Positions 7,508-15,816 of a stretch of 27,228 nt of DNA are shown in pieces. A program made the translations under genes and the position numbers. This DNA is from a virus (taxonomy: Duplodnaviria > Caudoviricetes): positions 1-27,228 of the IMG/VR virus record IMGVR_UViG_3300025375_000017; one strand, 5' to 3'. The notes under the pieces were generated by a model, which searched no databases, had not been told where the DNA came from, and saw nothing but the letters and a program-made list of their open reading frames with translations. Every line of letters starts with the position of its first letter. The stretch's first letter is position 1.

Positions 7508-10428
7508 TATTGTCCTTGTGGGGGTTGTGGGGCTGCTGCTTGTTGTTCTTGTTGCTGTTGTAGTTGTTGCTCATGCTGCTGTTGAGCCTGTTGTAGTGCT
7601 TGTTGATGCTGTTGGTCAGCTTGTTGCAAGCCTTGTTGGTGCTGTTGGTCCTGCTGAGCTACCTGTTGCTGGTGGGCTTGGGCTTGTTGCTGTTGATCTT
7701 GCTGTGCTTTTTGAGCTTCAATCTGGTTTTGAACTTGTTGAGACTGTTGTTCAAACTGTTGTTGCTGTACAGCTAAACCGTGCTGACGTATATCTGCCTC
7801 TGAAGTTTGAATGGCTTCTTGCGCAGACTGATTTTGTGCTGCATCAAGAGCAATTTGCTGTTGGCTCATTTGCGATTTTGCATTAATCAAGGCAATACGC
7901 TCTTTAGCAGAGTTATTGATGTTAGCCATAGCAATGTCTGTAGCATTACGTTGGTTATCAATGCTGGTTTGAGTACCGTACTTAGCTTGAAGTTCTTGAA
8001 CTTTTTGCTGAAGTTGAGCGATTTCCAGTTGATAGTTTTGTTGCTGTTTCTGTGTTTCAAATTGTTGCTGAGTCTGAGCTTCTGCAGCTTTACGTTTTGT
8101 TTCTGCCATCTGTGTTTGCATAATAACCGCAGCAGTTGGGTCAGACATCATTGCAGATTGCTGTTGAGCCTGTTGAGCTTGAGCAACTTTCTGAGCCAGA
8201 GCTTGAATTTGCTGGATATACGGAGCTAAATTGGTTTTGGCGTCGTTATCTACCATACGTGACGCCAATGCAATTGCTTTTTGTGCATCGCCGTCAAGTG
8301 GTCTTTCTTTATGCAACTCAAATTTGTCTTTGCCGTTGCTAGCTTTTGCTACATAGCCACGCATTTCTTGCAAATAGTGCAATGTTAAATGCTGCTTAAT
8401 ATGTTCTAAAGCGTGTGGGGAGAACATAGGCCCAATAACTGGGTTACCACCGTAGGCAGGATTATTTGCGTATTCTAAGTGAACTTGAATGTGGGAAATA
8501 TGATCTTGGTCTGGGAACGCAGCAGCTGCTTGCCCCATTGTCATTGATACGTTTTCCAATGCTGGATTAGATTCAACTACACCTTGTGGGTTTGGTAATA
8601 CTTCTCCAACCGCTGGAATTTTAAGCTGTCCTAAAATTCGTGAGTAAACCGCACGAAGGTTAAACATTCCTGGGGGCGCAGTAGACGCCATTTGTAAGAG
8701 TGCTTGGTTCTGAGCAAGACGTTGGGTCTCAGAGAAAATGTTAGGATCTGATACTGGGCGTACATCTGAGTTGTAAGCAAAGTCCCGAACTTCAATCTCT
8801 TCGCCGGACTGATTGTCCATTTCATCCAAGTACCAATGATTGATACGTGAAACGATTTTAAGAGATTTAGCTTGTGAACGGTGTAAACGGCCATGGATGC
8901 TAGAGAATACTTTAGCACCTTGCTCAATAAGAGCTTGGGTTGTGCCCACAGGCATTTGGTTGTTAGCTTCACCAATCTTTTCTTCTGCTGTTGTTACTAC
9001 ACCTTTAGCTGCAGCAGTTAACCAACCAAGCAAATCATAAAGAACGCTTGATGGTGGATTAAACGGCATTGGCATTGCGATCTTACGTACATCATCAACA
9101 CCAGGTGCGCCTTCAATTTCTACTACTTGGGTTGGTTCGATTCGGTCTGACTGCCCACCAATTCGTCCACCTTTAAGTTTAAGCATTGTCTGGCTGTTGT
9201 TGATATGAGCAGCATCAAGCAGAGCGCGCAAAGAGCCAGTAAGAGCAGCGGAGAGACCGCCAATAAGATGAGGCAGTCCGATAGCGTAAGCTCCACGCCA
9301 TGGGATAAATTTAAACTCCACGAACCAATCCAGCTTCTCAAGTTTTTCATCGCCGGCTTCCCAGTTACGGTAGAGTGACAGAACCTTAGAAGTGGTTTCG
9401 TCAATTGTTAAAATGTATGGGGCGCGTTTGCCTTCTGTTTCTGGATCTTCTTCCATGCGCATGAAACATGTGATTTCATAGATTCGGCGCAGGCCATCAA
9501 TGTTCTTGGACGGTAGATCTTTACCTTCGATTTTGTCGTTGGCTTTTTGTGATCTGGTTTGGTCATTAAGTGGGGCATCTGAAGAGTAATCAGAATCAAT
9601 ATCACGGTAAATACCGGACTCAACTCGCTGTAGGAAAGTATCTTCAGTAATGTCTTGTACTTCAGTTACACGTTGAGCTGTGTAGAAGTTTGTTGATGAC
9701 CAAGGTAATAGAATGTTATCAATCGGCACCCATTCGCATGTTGGACGACGTTGTTCATCGTCATAGCGCCATTTAAGGAATTGGGAACCGCCGAGTGGGA
9801 GCTGGGTCAGCAGCTGCTCCATCTCGTCACGGTATTCTGGAATTTGCTCAGTGAGCTGCCAGTTCATAAAGGTTACTTTACGATCGGCTGTATCTTCTTT
9901 TCGTTTGTCAGCATCACCTTTGATGTTCGATTTGACAAGTCCGTCGGGTGGTAATAGCTCTTTTGACGAGGAAGCTGCGAAGTCAACGCAAGCCTCGGCC
10001 ATGACGGGATGCACAACTTTAGAAGCACCGTCGAAAGTAGCACCGCCAGGCGCGTCCTTACCAAGGCCGGTCCTACGAAGTCCTTCTTCGTACTGTTTAT
10101 CCCTTTGGGACCGCGATTCTGTGTCGACATCAATCAAGTCCAAATATTCGTTGGCAAGGGAATTTAAAGTTTGCTCATCAAATTCTTCTGCCAAGTTTGT
10201 ATAGAACTCTGGATTTTTTTGTGGACCTTGTGTTTCTTTAAAGTTAACTACTACGGAACCGTCATCTAATTCGATGACTTCTTGTTCAACTTCTTCATCA
10301 TCCAAATCAAATTGTTCGGCGTACGCATCCATCTCGTCGTCTTGATCTTCTTTTTCGTGAAGATCATCTTCTGCGTCGAGGTTGGGCAAGTTGTTGCCGT
10401 TTTGAATCGGTAATTGGGGATTTGCCAT
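7507..10428 (-). CDS. Portal protein with long Gln-rich C-terminal extension
   Basis: 973 aa downstream of terL. Portal-like core (FDGASKVVHPVMAEACV, VGTTQALIEQG, DVRPVSDPNIFS) and a Gln-rich tail of about 230 aa. Confidence 0.88.
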   Translation of the reverse strand: MANPQLPIQNGNNLPNLDAEDDLHEKEDQDDEMDAYAEQFDLDDEEVEQEVIELDDGSVVVNFKETQGPQKNPEFYTNLAEEFDEQTLNSLANEYLDLIDVDTESRSQRDKQYEEGLRRTGLGKDAPGGATFDGASKVVHPVMAEACVDFAASSSKELLPPDGLVKSNIKGDADKRKEDTADRKVTFMNWQLTEQIPEYRDEMEQLLTQLPLGGSQFLKWRYDDEQRRPTCEWVPIDNILLPWSSTNFYTAQRVTEVQDITEDTFLQRVESGIYRDIDSDYSSDAPLNDQTRSQKANDKIEGKDLPSKNIDGLRRIYEITCFMRMEEDPETEGKRAPYILTIDETTSKVLSLYRNWEAGDEKLEKLDWFVEFKFIPWRGAYAIGLPHLIGGLSAALTGSLRALLDAAHINNSQTMLKLKGGRIGGQSDRIEPTQVVEIEGAPGVDDVRKIAMPMPFNPPSSVLYDLLGWLTAAAKGVVTTAEEKIGEANNQMPVGTTQALIEQGAKVFSSIHGRLHRSQAKSLKIVSRINHWYLDEMDNQSGEEIEVRDFAYNSDVRPVSDPNIFSETQRLAQNQALLQMASTAPPGMFNLRAVYSRILGQLKIPAVGEVLPNPQGVVESNPALENVSMTMGQAAAAFPDQDHISHIQVHLEYANNPAYGGNPVIGPMFSPHALEHIKQHLTLHYLQEMRGYVAKASNGKDKFELHKERPLDGDAQKAIALASRMVDNDAKTNLAPYIQQIQALAQKVAQAQQAQQQSAMMSDPTAAVIMQTQMAETKRKAAEAQTQQQFETQKQQQNYQLEIAQLQQKVQELQAKYGTQTSIDNQRNATDIAMANINNSAKERIALINAKSQMSQQQIALDAAQNQSAQEAIQTSEADIRQHGLAVQQQQFEQQSQQVQNQIEAQKAQQDQQQQAQAHQQQVAQQDQQHQQGLQQADQQHQQALQQAQQQHEQQLQQQQEQQAAAPQPPQGQ

Positions 10429-10431
10429 AGG

Positions 10432-10893
10432 TTATTGTTTCTCTATTTGTTTCATCCAATTTGCTAACGCTTGTACTTCTAAAGCGGTTGCTCTTTGTTT
10501 CATTGTGTTGGCTTTAAAAGAAATCCAACAGACGTTTCCCGGAACATATCCGAGTTCAGGTTTGAATTTATCTAATGAAGGCGAGTTATCTGTGGCTTTG
10601 CCTTTTCGTTCACACCAAGATAGTTTAAGGCCCAAAACCGGGCAAATATCTTTGGCAATCTCCATTGCGTATTTTGAATCTATTTCAAATGGTATAGATT
10701 GCTTTTTAGCTTCTGATTTTCTTTGATTAATAATTCTACTAACATGCCCCAATTTTTCCTGCATTTGCGAGTCTTTTTTGGTATTTGTTTGAATATTTTT
10801 ACAAAGACGGCACCAAGAAGCCAATTTATCTTTTGTGTGTTTGTGTTTTCCAAAATTGTCGGAAAATATTTTGCATTTACTGCATTGCTTCAT
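10432..10893 (-). CDS. HNH-type homing endonuclease with N-terminal Zn-finger
   Basis: CSKC...WCRLC followed by CPVLG...SPSLDKFKPELGYVPGNVCWISFKANTMK. Confidence 0.8.
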   Translation of the reverse strand: MKQCSKCKIFSDNFGKHKHTKDKLASWCRLCKNIQTNTKKDSQMQEKLGHVSRIINQRKSEAKKQSIPFEIDSKYAMEIAKDICPVLGLKLSWCERKGKATDNSPSLDKFKPELGYVPGNVCWISFKANTMKQRATALEVQALANWMKQIEKQ

Positions 10894-10980
10894 TTTAACT
10901 CCCCTAAGTTGTGTAGTTGGAAACTAGGTTGGCTAGGGGGCCAAACAGGCGCTGCAGGCGCTTTTCGTGTTCCTATATAC

Positions 10981-11010
10981 ACTAATGCAAAATTATGGCC
11001 AAATCCGCCC
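10981..11010 (-). promoter_or_regulatory. Phage late promoter, copy 3
   Basis: Minus strand GGGCGGATTTGGCCATAATTTTGCATTAGT, directly after the terL stop. Confidence 0.75.
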
Positions 11011-12453
11011 TTATTGTGCATAAGGATTTGCTAAACGTTTGCTTGGTTCGGAATCGGCATAGTCGTAATCTCGAGCAGGTAACGGATCTAATCTAATCCA
11101 GCCCGAATCCCTTAATATTCTTAATGCTTGGGATAGGGAGTCCACATAGTCATCATGGCCCCCCATTTCGGGGAATGAACAGACTTGGCGCAAGAAACGC
11201 TTGGCCCATTCTGCATACTCCCCTTTTTGTTTTGTATCTTCTGGTATGTAAATCTTTCCTTTTGCAACTAAAGGGGCCACAATGTTAAGACGCTGTACCT
11301 TATCACTGCGGCCGGGATTATATGCTCGTACAGGAATTCCTGATTGCTGAAGTTCCTGAATCAAAGAAATACCTGCGCTTTTGTCCTCCATTAAAACTTG
11401 GTCTGCTTTACGGCCTTTACCGAATGTATTGTCTGCCCCGTATACAACTTCTTTAAAATCTTCAATTACTTTGCGGCGAAGTTCTGGGTAGGATAAATGC
11501 TGGTCCCAAGCATCCAATAGAATGGCACAAGTTCCCACGTCGGTGTTTTCAAAGATACCCCACACTGTGCAAGCTGTTGGGTCGTTGTGTGTTTTTTCTG
11601 AGGTAGCAGGGTCATAGGAAGCAATAACGTATTCTAGGTTTGGTGTTGGCTTGGAAGCCGGCCATTGCTTAAACATCTTGCGTTTGATGATACCAGATGA
11701 CTCTGGGTCCAGAATCTCACCGTAAATCTCTTGCCGACCAATGTCGGTTCCGTCGTAGGTTTCTAGCTGTTTGAAAAATGTCTCGGAGAGGTTCGCCCGA
11801 TTGTCATACGAGGATGCGTTTGCAACGTAGACGTCACCACCGACTTTACCTTCGTTGAGGTCAACAATGAGCTCTTTTGGCTTGGGGGTGGTGGTGATGA
11901 TTTGCTGGACTCTGGGAAGTCTTGGATCTCTAAGACGCAATGTGAACTGTACTCCGTCGTATGCTGCGTCAATATAATCGAAGGCACACAACTCGTCAAA
12001 CCAAGCTCCATGGTATTGTTTACCACGATACCGTTCTGGTTCTGAAGCTGGGATTCCTTGAATGAGGCTTCCGTTGATAAGGGTAATTTCAAAGAGGGAC
12101 TTGTTGTAATCTCGTATAAGTGACGCGGGTATGATATTGAGAAGACCGGAGTCTCCTTCAAAGCAAGTTGCACGGATATCATTAGAGGTGGGGGCGGTGA
12201 CAAGCCAGCGAGTGTTGTCGAAGATCCAAGCGCGAATACCAATCCAATGAGACGCAGTGTGCGTCTTGCCAGACCCTCGGCCCGCAAGCATAAGAAATGT
12301 GTCATACTCTCCATCCTCAGGTTCCTTTTGGTGTGGCAGTGCCTGTAGCTTCCATTTAATCTGCCAAACGGCGGCGTCAAGCTGTGCTTTAGGCCAGTGT
12401 TGCCTTTCAGTAATAAATTTGGTAAGGGTCTTTTCTTGTTGCGGGGTTAACAT
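11011..12453 (-). CDS. terL: Terminase large subunit
   Basis: Walker A AGRGSGKT, Walker B GAWFDE, coupling motif TTTP, and RNase H-like nuclease motifs YDPA and HDDYVDS. Confidence 0.95.
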   Translation of the reverse strand: MLTPQQEKTLTKFITERQHWPKAQLDAAVWQIKWKLQALPHQKEPEDGEYDTFLMLAGRGSGKTHTASHWIGIRAWIFDNTRWLVTAPTSNDIRATCFEGDSGLLNIIPASLIRDYNKSLFEITLINGSLIQGIPASEPERYRGKQYHGAWFDELCAFDYIDAAYDGVQFTLRLRDPRLPRVQQIITTTPKPKELIVDLNEGKVGGDVYVANASSYDNRANLSETFFKQLETYDGTDIGRQEIYGEILDPESSGIIKRKMFKQWPASKPTPNLEYVIASYDPATSEKTHNDPTACTVWGIFENTDVGTCAILLDAWDQHLSYPELRRKVIEDFKEVVYGADNTFGKGRKADQVLMEDKSAGISLIQELQQSGIPVRAYNPGRSDKVQRLNIVAPLVAKGKIYIPEDTKQKGEYAEWAKRFLRQVCSFPEMGGHDDYVDSLSQALRILRDSGWIRLDPLPARDYDYADSEPSKRLANPYAQ

Positions 12454-13445
12454 ACAGCTATGAATCCTTCTCCGACCAGGTAACTATTATCAGCTCCTTC
12501 GGTTTCAATGTGAACGCACAATTGCGGCGGCAACTTGGAAATTGCTTTGATGTACCTACGTCCTTGGTGTACTAAAGGCTTTGGGTGTGGTATTTGGTTA
12601 TTTACTAATTGTAACTTAGATCTGAAAATAAGTATATAGCTTTTACGCTGTTCATTTATTTCCAAAGTTGTTTTATGTCCTAATGATTCCACTAGCGCTT
12701 GTATCTGTTGGACAATTGGTAGATGTCCGTTAGTAAATCGGAATAGACCGGTTTTCTTGGAGTAGGATTTGGGTTTGGCGCACAAGATACCTTTGAGCAG
12801 TTCCAATCGTTGCTCTGCAGAAGCTAAGAGATAATTGTTTGGAATTCGGTACGGAAGGTCAAAGTTAAGGTGTGACTCAATGGTTGGGTGTACAGAAAAG
12901 TACTTTTCTCCATTTGAGTGTTTGCCCCGCTCTATTATGGAATACCCAGCGTCTTTAAAGGTTTCGGTAAGGAAGTCATGGTTGCCCTTAGAGAAGTGCA
13001 TCCTTTTATTGCGGGTTTCATGGGTAAAGAACCAATAGCCAAAGATGAAAGGTGGGACGGGTAGGGACTGGTGGGGAAACTGAAGTGGCTTGGTGGTGGG
13101 TATAGAAAACGCATGGCTCCCATTGTTTTGCATTAGGTTGTCTGCTGGTAAGTCCGAAACCTTTTTAAACTTTAACGGGCGCTTGAATTTAAACTTGCCT
13201 TTGTATTGGAGTAGGCGGTCTCTGTAAACTTTGTCCTCGATTTGAAATCCAAGGTGTTGGTCGCCCTCCACTGTGAGGTGGTCATTGAATGTGACACGGT
13301 AGCAGCTGTCTGACCGGTATTCTTGGACCAGGGTTACTTTTTGGAGCCTACCCTCTTTGTCAAATACGTAATCCCCTGCCCGTAGGTCATGGGCTGTCTT
13401 CCAATAATCAAGCGTTAGTATTTTTTGGTTTGCAAGGATTGCCAA
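12447..13445 (-). CDS. Free-standing intein-like protein (Hint + LAGLIDADG-type domains) with degenerate catalytic motifs and no exteins
   Basis: N-terminal AILANQKILTLDYWKTAHDLRAGDYVFDKEG..CYRVTFND (Hint-N), PNNYLLASAEQRLELLKGIL (LAGLIDADG region), C-terminal CVHIETEGADNSYLVGEGFIAVC* (Hint-C without His-Asn). Confidence 0.8.
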   Translation of the reverse strand: MAILANQKILTLDYWKTAHDLRAGDYVFDKEGRLQKVTLVQEYRSDSCYRVTFNDHLTVEGDQHLGFQIEDKVYRDRLLQYKGKFKFKRPLKFKKVSDLPADNLMQNNGSHAFSIPTTKPLQFPHQSLPVPPFIFGYWFFTHETRNKRMHFSKGNHDFLTETFKDAGYSIIERGKHSNGEKYFSVHPTIESHLNFDLPYRIPNNYLLASAEQRLELLKGILCAKPKSYSKKTGLFRFTNGHLPIVQQIQALVESLGHKTTLEINEQRKSYILIFRSKLQLVNNQIPHPKPLVHQGRRYIKAISKLPPQLCVHIETEGADNSYLVGEGFIAVC

Positions 13446-13710
13446 AGTTTTTCATTATCCAATAATCTAGCCAATGCCCTAACGGCATCCTAATACTGCT
13501 CTCCACGGATGGGGGTAGTTTTCGTATATCAAACCGTTCTGTGACTCTTAGCCTAAACTGAATGTAAGCTGAGGTTTCTTTTGGAAACACTTCGGCAGGT
13601 ACATCGGCAAGATCCATAAAGTCCTTGTTGGCTACCAACACTCGAAAGCCACAAAACTTTCTTTCTGCATTTTCCAATGCACCTTGTATTTGGTATACAT
13701 ACTTAGTCAT
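13408..13710 (-). CDS. Hypothetical protein, first gene of the packaging operon
   Basis: 100 aa; ATG 6 nt after late promoter copy 4. Confidence 0.7.
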   Translation of the reverse strand: MTKYVYQIQGALENAERKFCGFRVLVANKDFMDLADVPAEVFPKETSAYIQFRLRVTERFDIRKLPPSVESSIRMPLGHWLDYWIMKNFGNPCKPKNTNA

Positions 13711-13716
13711 ACATCA

Positions 13717-13746
13717 ACTAATGCAAAATTGCTTTTGTTTTCGCCC
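13717..13746 (-). promoter_or_regulatory. Phage late promoter, copy 4
   Basis: Minus strand GGGCGAAAACAAAAGCAATTTTGCATTAGT. Confidence 0.7.
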
Positions 13747-13767
13747 TAATCCAGGAAATAAACATCT

Positions 13768-13888
13768 CCGGGACAGGGAAGACATAGAAGACAGGGTATA
13801 TTTATCTATTTTATTAAAAAAAAAAAAAAAAAAAAAAAATCTAAGAAAGAGTGAACATACCCTGTCTTCTGTGTCCTCCCTGTCCCGG
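13768..13888. repeat. Origin-like element A: inverted arms of three 9-bp iterons around an AT-rich core with an A24 tract
   Basis: GACAGGGAA-GACATAGAA-GACAGGGTA ... TACCCTGTC-TTCTGTGTC-CTCCCTGTC. Confidence 0.7.
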
Positions 13889-13895
13889 GATGCTG

Positions 13896-13908
13896 TAAGT
13901 CATTGATT
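13896..13908 (-). promoter_or_regulatory. IHF-binding consensus site
   Basis: Minus strand AATCAATGACTTA matches WATCAANNNNTTR, adjacent to element A. Confidence 0.55.
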
Positions 13909-14044
13909 TATATAGAGCGTCCAGTTTTTGGCAAAAAATATAAAAACTCACGGTCTGTGGGGCCCCCGGACCGAGGCCATGGGGGTCTAAAATTTTGGGG
14001 TGTCGTGTTTAAACAACACCCCCTTACCGCTAAAAAGGAGGGGT

Positions 14045-14472
14045 ATTCCACATTGTGAAATGCTATCTCATAATGTGGAACGCACCGACTCTGTCCCTAT
14101 TGTTTATGTTGCACCGCACCAATGCACCAATGTGGGGATGTTAGTAAGTGCTTACAAACCTAAGCACCACTTTGGTGCGCTTATGTTGCGGTGCAATAGT
14201 TAAGCACCAGATTGGTGCACGATGTTGCGGTGCAACATGGCAGATTGGTGGCGTGGTGTTTAAACTATGCGGGCGCGAGTGGCGGGGTGGTGATGTGGTA
14301 TGAATACCACAGTAATTCAAGGAAACATACTACTAACATGACAATTCAATCCAAAGCGTTTTAAGCCCCTTTTTAGCCGTTTGCCTAAGAGATGGGGTAT
14401 AGGTATAGGAGGGGTGGCGATCTCGATTTTCGAGGGTAAACCCTTAGGGGTAAACCCTTAAGGGTATGTCCT
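14045..14472. promoter_or_regulatory. Non-coding cluster of operator-like palindromes (NtrC-, PhaR-, SlmA-like and others)
   Basis: GCACC-N5-GGTGC at 14164 and 14204; TGTTGC-N3-GCA at 14107, 14184 and 14223; GTAAGTGCTTAC at 14144; TGTGGTATGAATACCACA at 14294; AGGGTAAACCCT-type repeats at 14433, 14447 and 14461. Confidence 0.65.
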
Positions 14473-14556
14473 AACTAGCGGGGCGGTTTAAACGCTACTA
14501 ATTGACTACAATCAAAGGGCAGTAACCGATTACTAACCAATAAGGAATAGAACACC

Positions 14557-15198
14557 ATGCTACTACTACCCGCACCAATCGAAGCCACCACCGCCAATCG
14601 TGAATCATGGCTCAACCTGATAGCCGATAAACACATTCGCCCCCTGTTTGCTTCAAAGGGCTACACAATCCCCGCCAATGTTCGCCTGTCATGCTCTCTA
14701 GCTAGTGGCGGGATTCACACTAAGAAACACCAAAAGCGTTTTACACTTGGTGAGTGCTACCCCGCTTCAATGTCATCTGATAACACTATCCAAATTATGA
14801 TCGTGCCAAGCCTAGCTGATTCCGCTAGGGTTATTGATGTCTTAATCCATGAGTTATGCCATGCCACAGTAGGCAACGGAGAGGGGCACAATAAGGTTTT
14901 TGGGGCTTGTGCAAGGGCAGTAGGGTTAGAGGGCAAACTCACCAGCACCAAAGCTGGCGAATGGCTCAAAGCCCTTATCACCCAATGGATAGAATCCGAG
15001 GGTGATTATCCCCATGCCAAACTTACAACCCGCTACACCAAGCAAACAACCCGCTTGCACAAGTGCGATTGTGCTTGTGGCTACACCATGCGGATATCGT
15101 CTAAATGGCTTAAGATCGCAACCCCACGATGCCCGCTAGGGCATGGCGATATGGCGCACGATTTCAAGCCCGAATATGATTATGAGGGCGATGAGTAA
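14557..15198 (+). CDS. SprT-like zinc metalloprotease with C-terminal Zn ribbon
   Basis: VLIHELCH...GHNKVF motif and CDCACG...CPLGHG; TAAGGA RBS. Confidence 0.8.
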   Translation: MLLLPAPIEATTANRESWLNLIADKHIRPLFASKGYTIPANVRLSCSLASGGIHTKKHQKRFTLGECYPASMSSDNTIQIMIVPSLADSARVIDVLIHELCHATVGNGEGHNKVFGACARAVGLEGKLTSTKAGEWLKALITQWIESEGDYPHAKLTTRYTKQTTRLHKCDCACGYTMRISSKWLKIATPRCPLGHGDMAHDFKPEYDYEGDE

Positions 15199-15236
15199 AA
15201 CCAAAGGCGGGGCAAACCTCCGCCATGTTTAAACTG

Positions 15237-15262
15237 ATCGGGGCTTAGCCCCGATTTTTTTT
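15237..15262 (+). terminator. Rho-independent terminator
   Basis: ATCGGGGC-TTA-GCCCCGAT followed by a T run. Confidence 0.85.
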
Positions 15263-15546
15263 GCCCGCCTAATCTGTTTAAACAATGCCAACACCTAGCC
15301 CAAAAAATAGCCCCTATCCTAGCCAATCAATTTGGGGGCATTTTAAGCCCCTTTTTAGCCTACATCGTGGCGGGTGTGTGGGTTAGGGTTAGACCCCTGA
15401 CGATCTCGATTTTCAAGGGTAAACCCTTAGTATAAAAACCCGCTTCTTTATTACTTTTCTGTATTAGACAAACCCCAAACAATCGGGCATAGTTTCAATC
15501 GTGGCATGACCACTAATTGATTACTAACCTTTAAGGAAATAGAACG

Positions 15547-15798
15547 ATGCAAACCAAACAACAAGACCCATTCTTTAACGAGATATCAGACGATGATATC
15601 CAAAGGATTACAGAATCCGAAGCCCTTGACCTATACAACGAGATGCTAGACGATTGCTACCCATTAGCAGAAGTTTGCGGGTTTCAATACGAAGCTAGTA
15701 GAGTATTGAAAGAAGTCGATCCTATCGCCTATCGTGTCGGATTTTCCGACTACTGTTCTAGCCTAGAAGATGATGGCTACGAAATCGACTACAAATAA
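15547..15798 (+). CDS. Small highly acidic early protein
   Basis: 83 aa, about 21 D/E against 6 K/R; TAAGGA RBS. Confidence 0.8.
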   Translation: MQTKQQDPFFNEISDDDIQRITESEALDLYNEMLDDCYPLAEVCGFQYEASRVLKEVDPIAYRVGFSDYCSSLEDDGYEIDYK

Positions 15799-15816
15799 CA
15801 GACAGGGAGTTTAAAC

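Noticed and set aside
12440-12460. Intein fused to terL through a frameshift or sequencing error
   Set aside because: The nearby AAC (Asn) lies in a third frame that soon stops, there is no N-extein, the catalytic motifs are independently degenerate, and terL is complete from its own ATG.
13408-13710. Calling this gene terS
   Set aside because: The position is compatible, but no HTH or terS-like features are recognisable, so it is left as hypothetical.
13816-13839. A24 tract as a retro-element poly(A) tail
   Set aside because: It is the AT-rich core of element A, matched by an AT core in element B. No reverse transcriptase or target duplication is present, and the exact length may be a sequencing artefact.
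682-13906. Plus-strand and alternative-frame ORFs over the structural genes (e.g. 7455..7886, 6221..6634, 11763..12380, 13625..13906)
   Set aside because: Shadows of real minus-strand genes or of low-complexity DNA, with no RBS or motifs.
14000-14203. 67-aa ORF across the palindrome cluster
   Set aside because: GTG start without an RBS; the sequence is better explained as repeated DNA palindromes.
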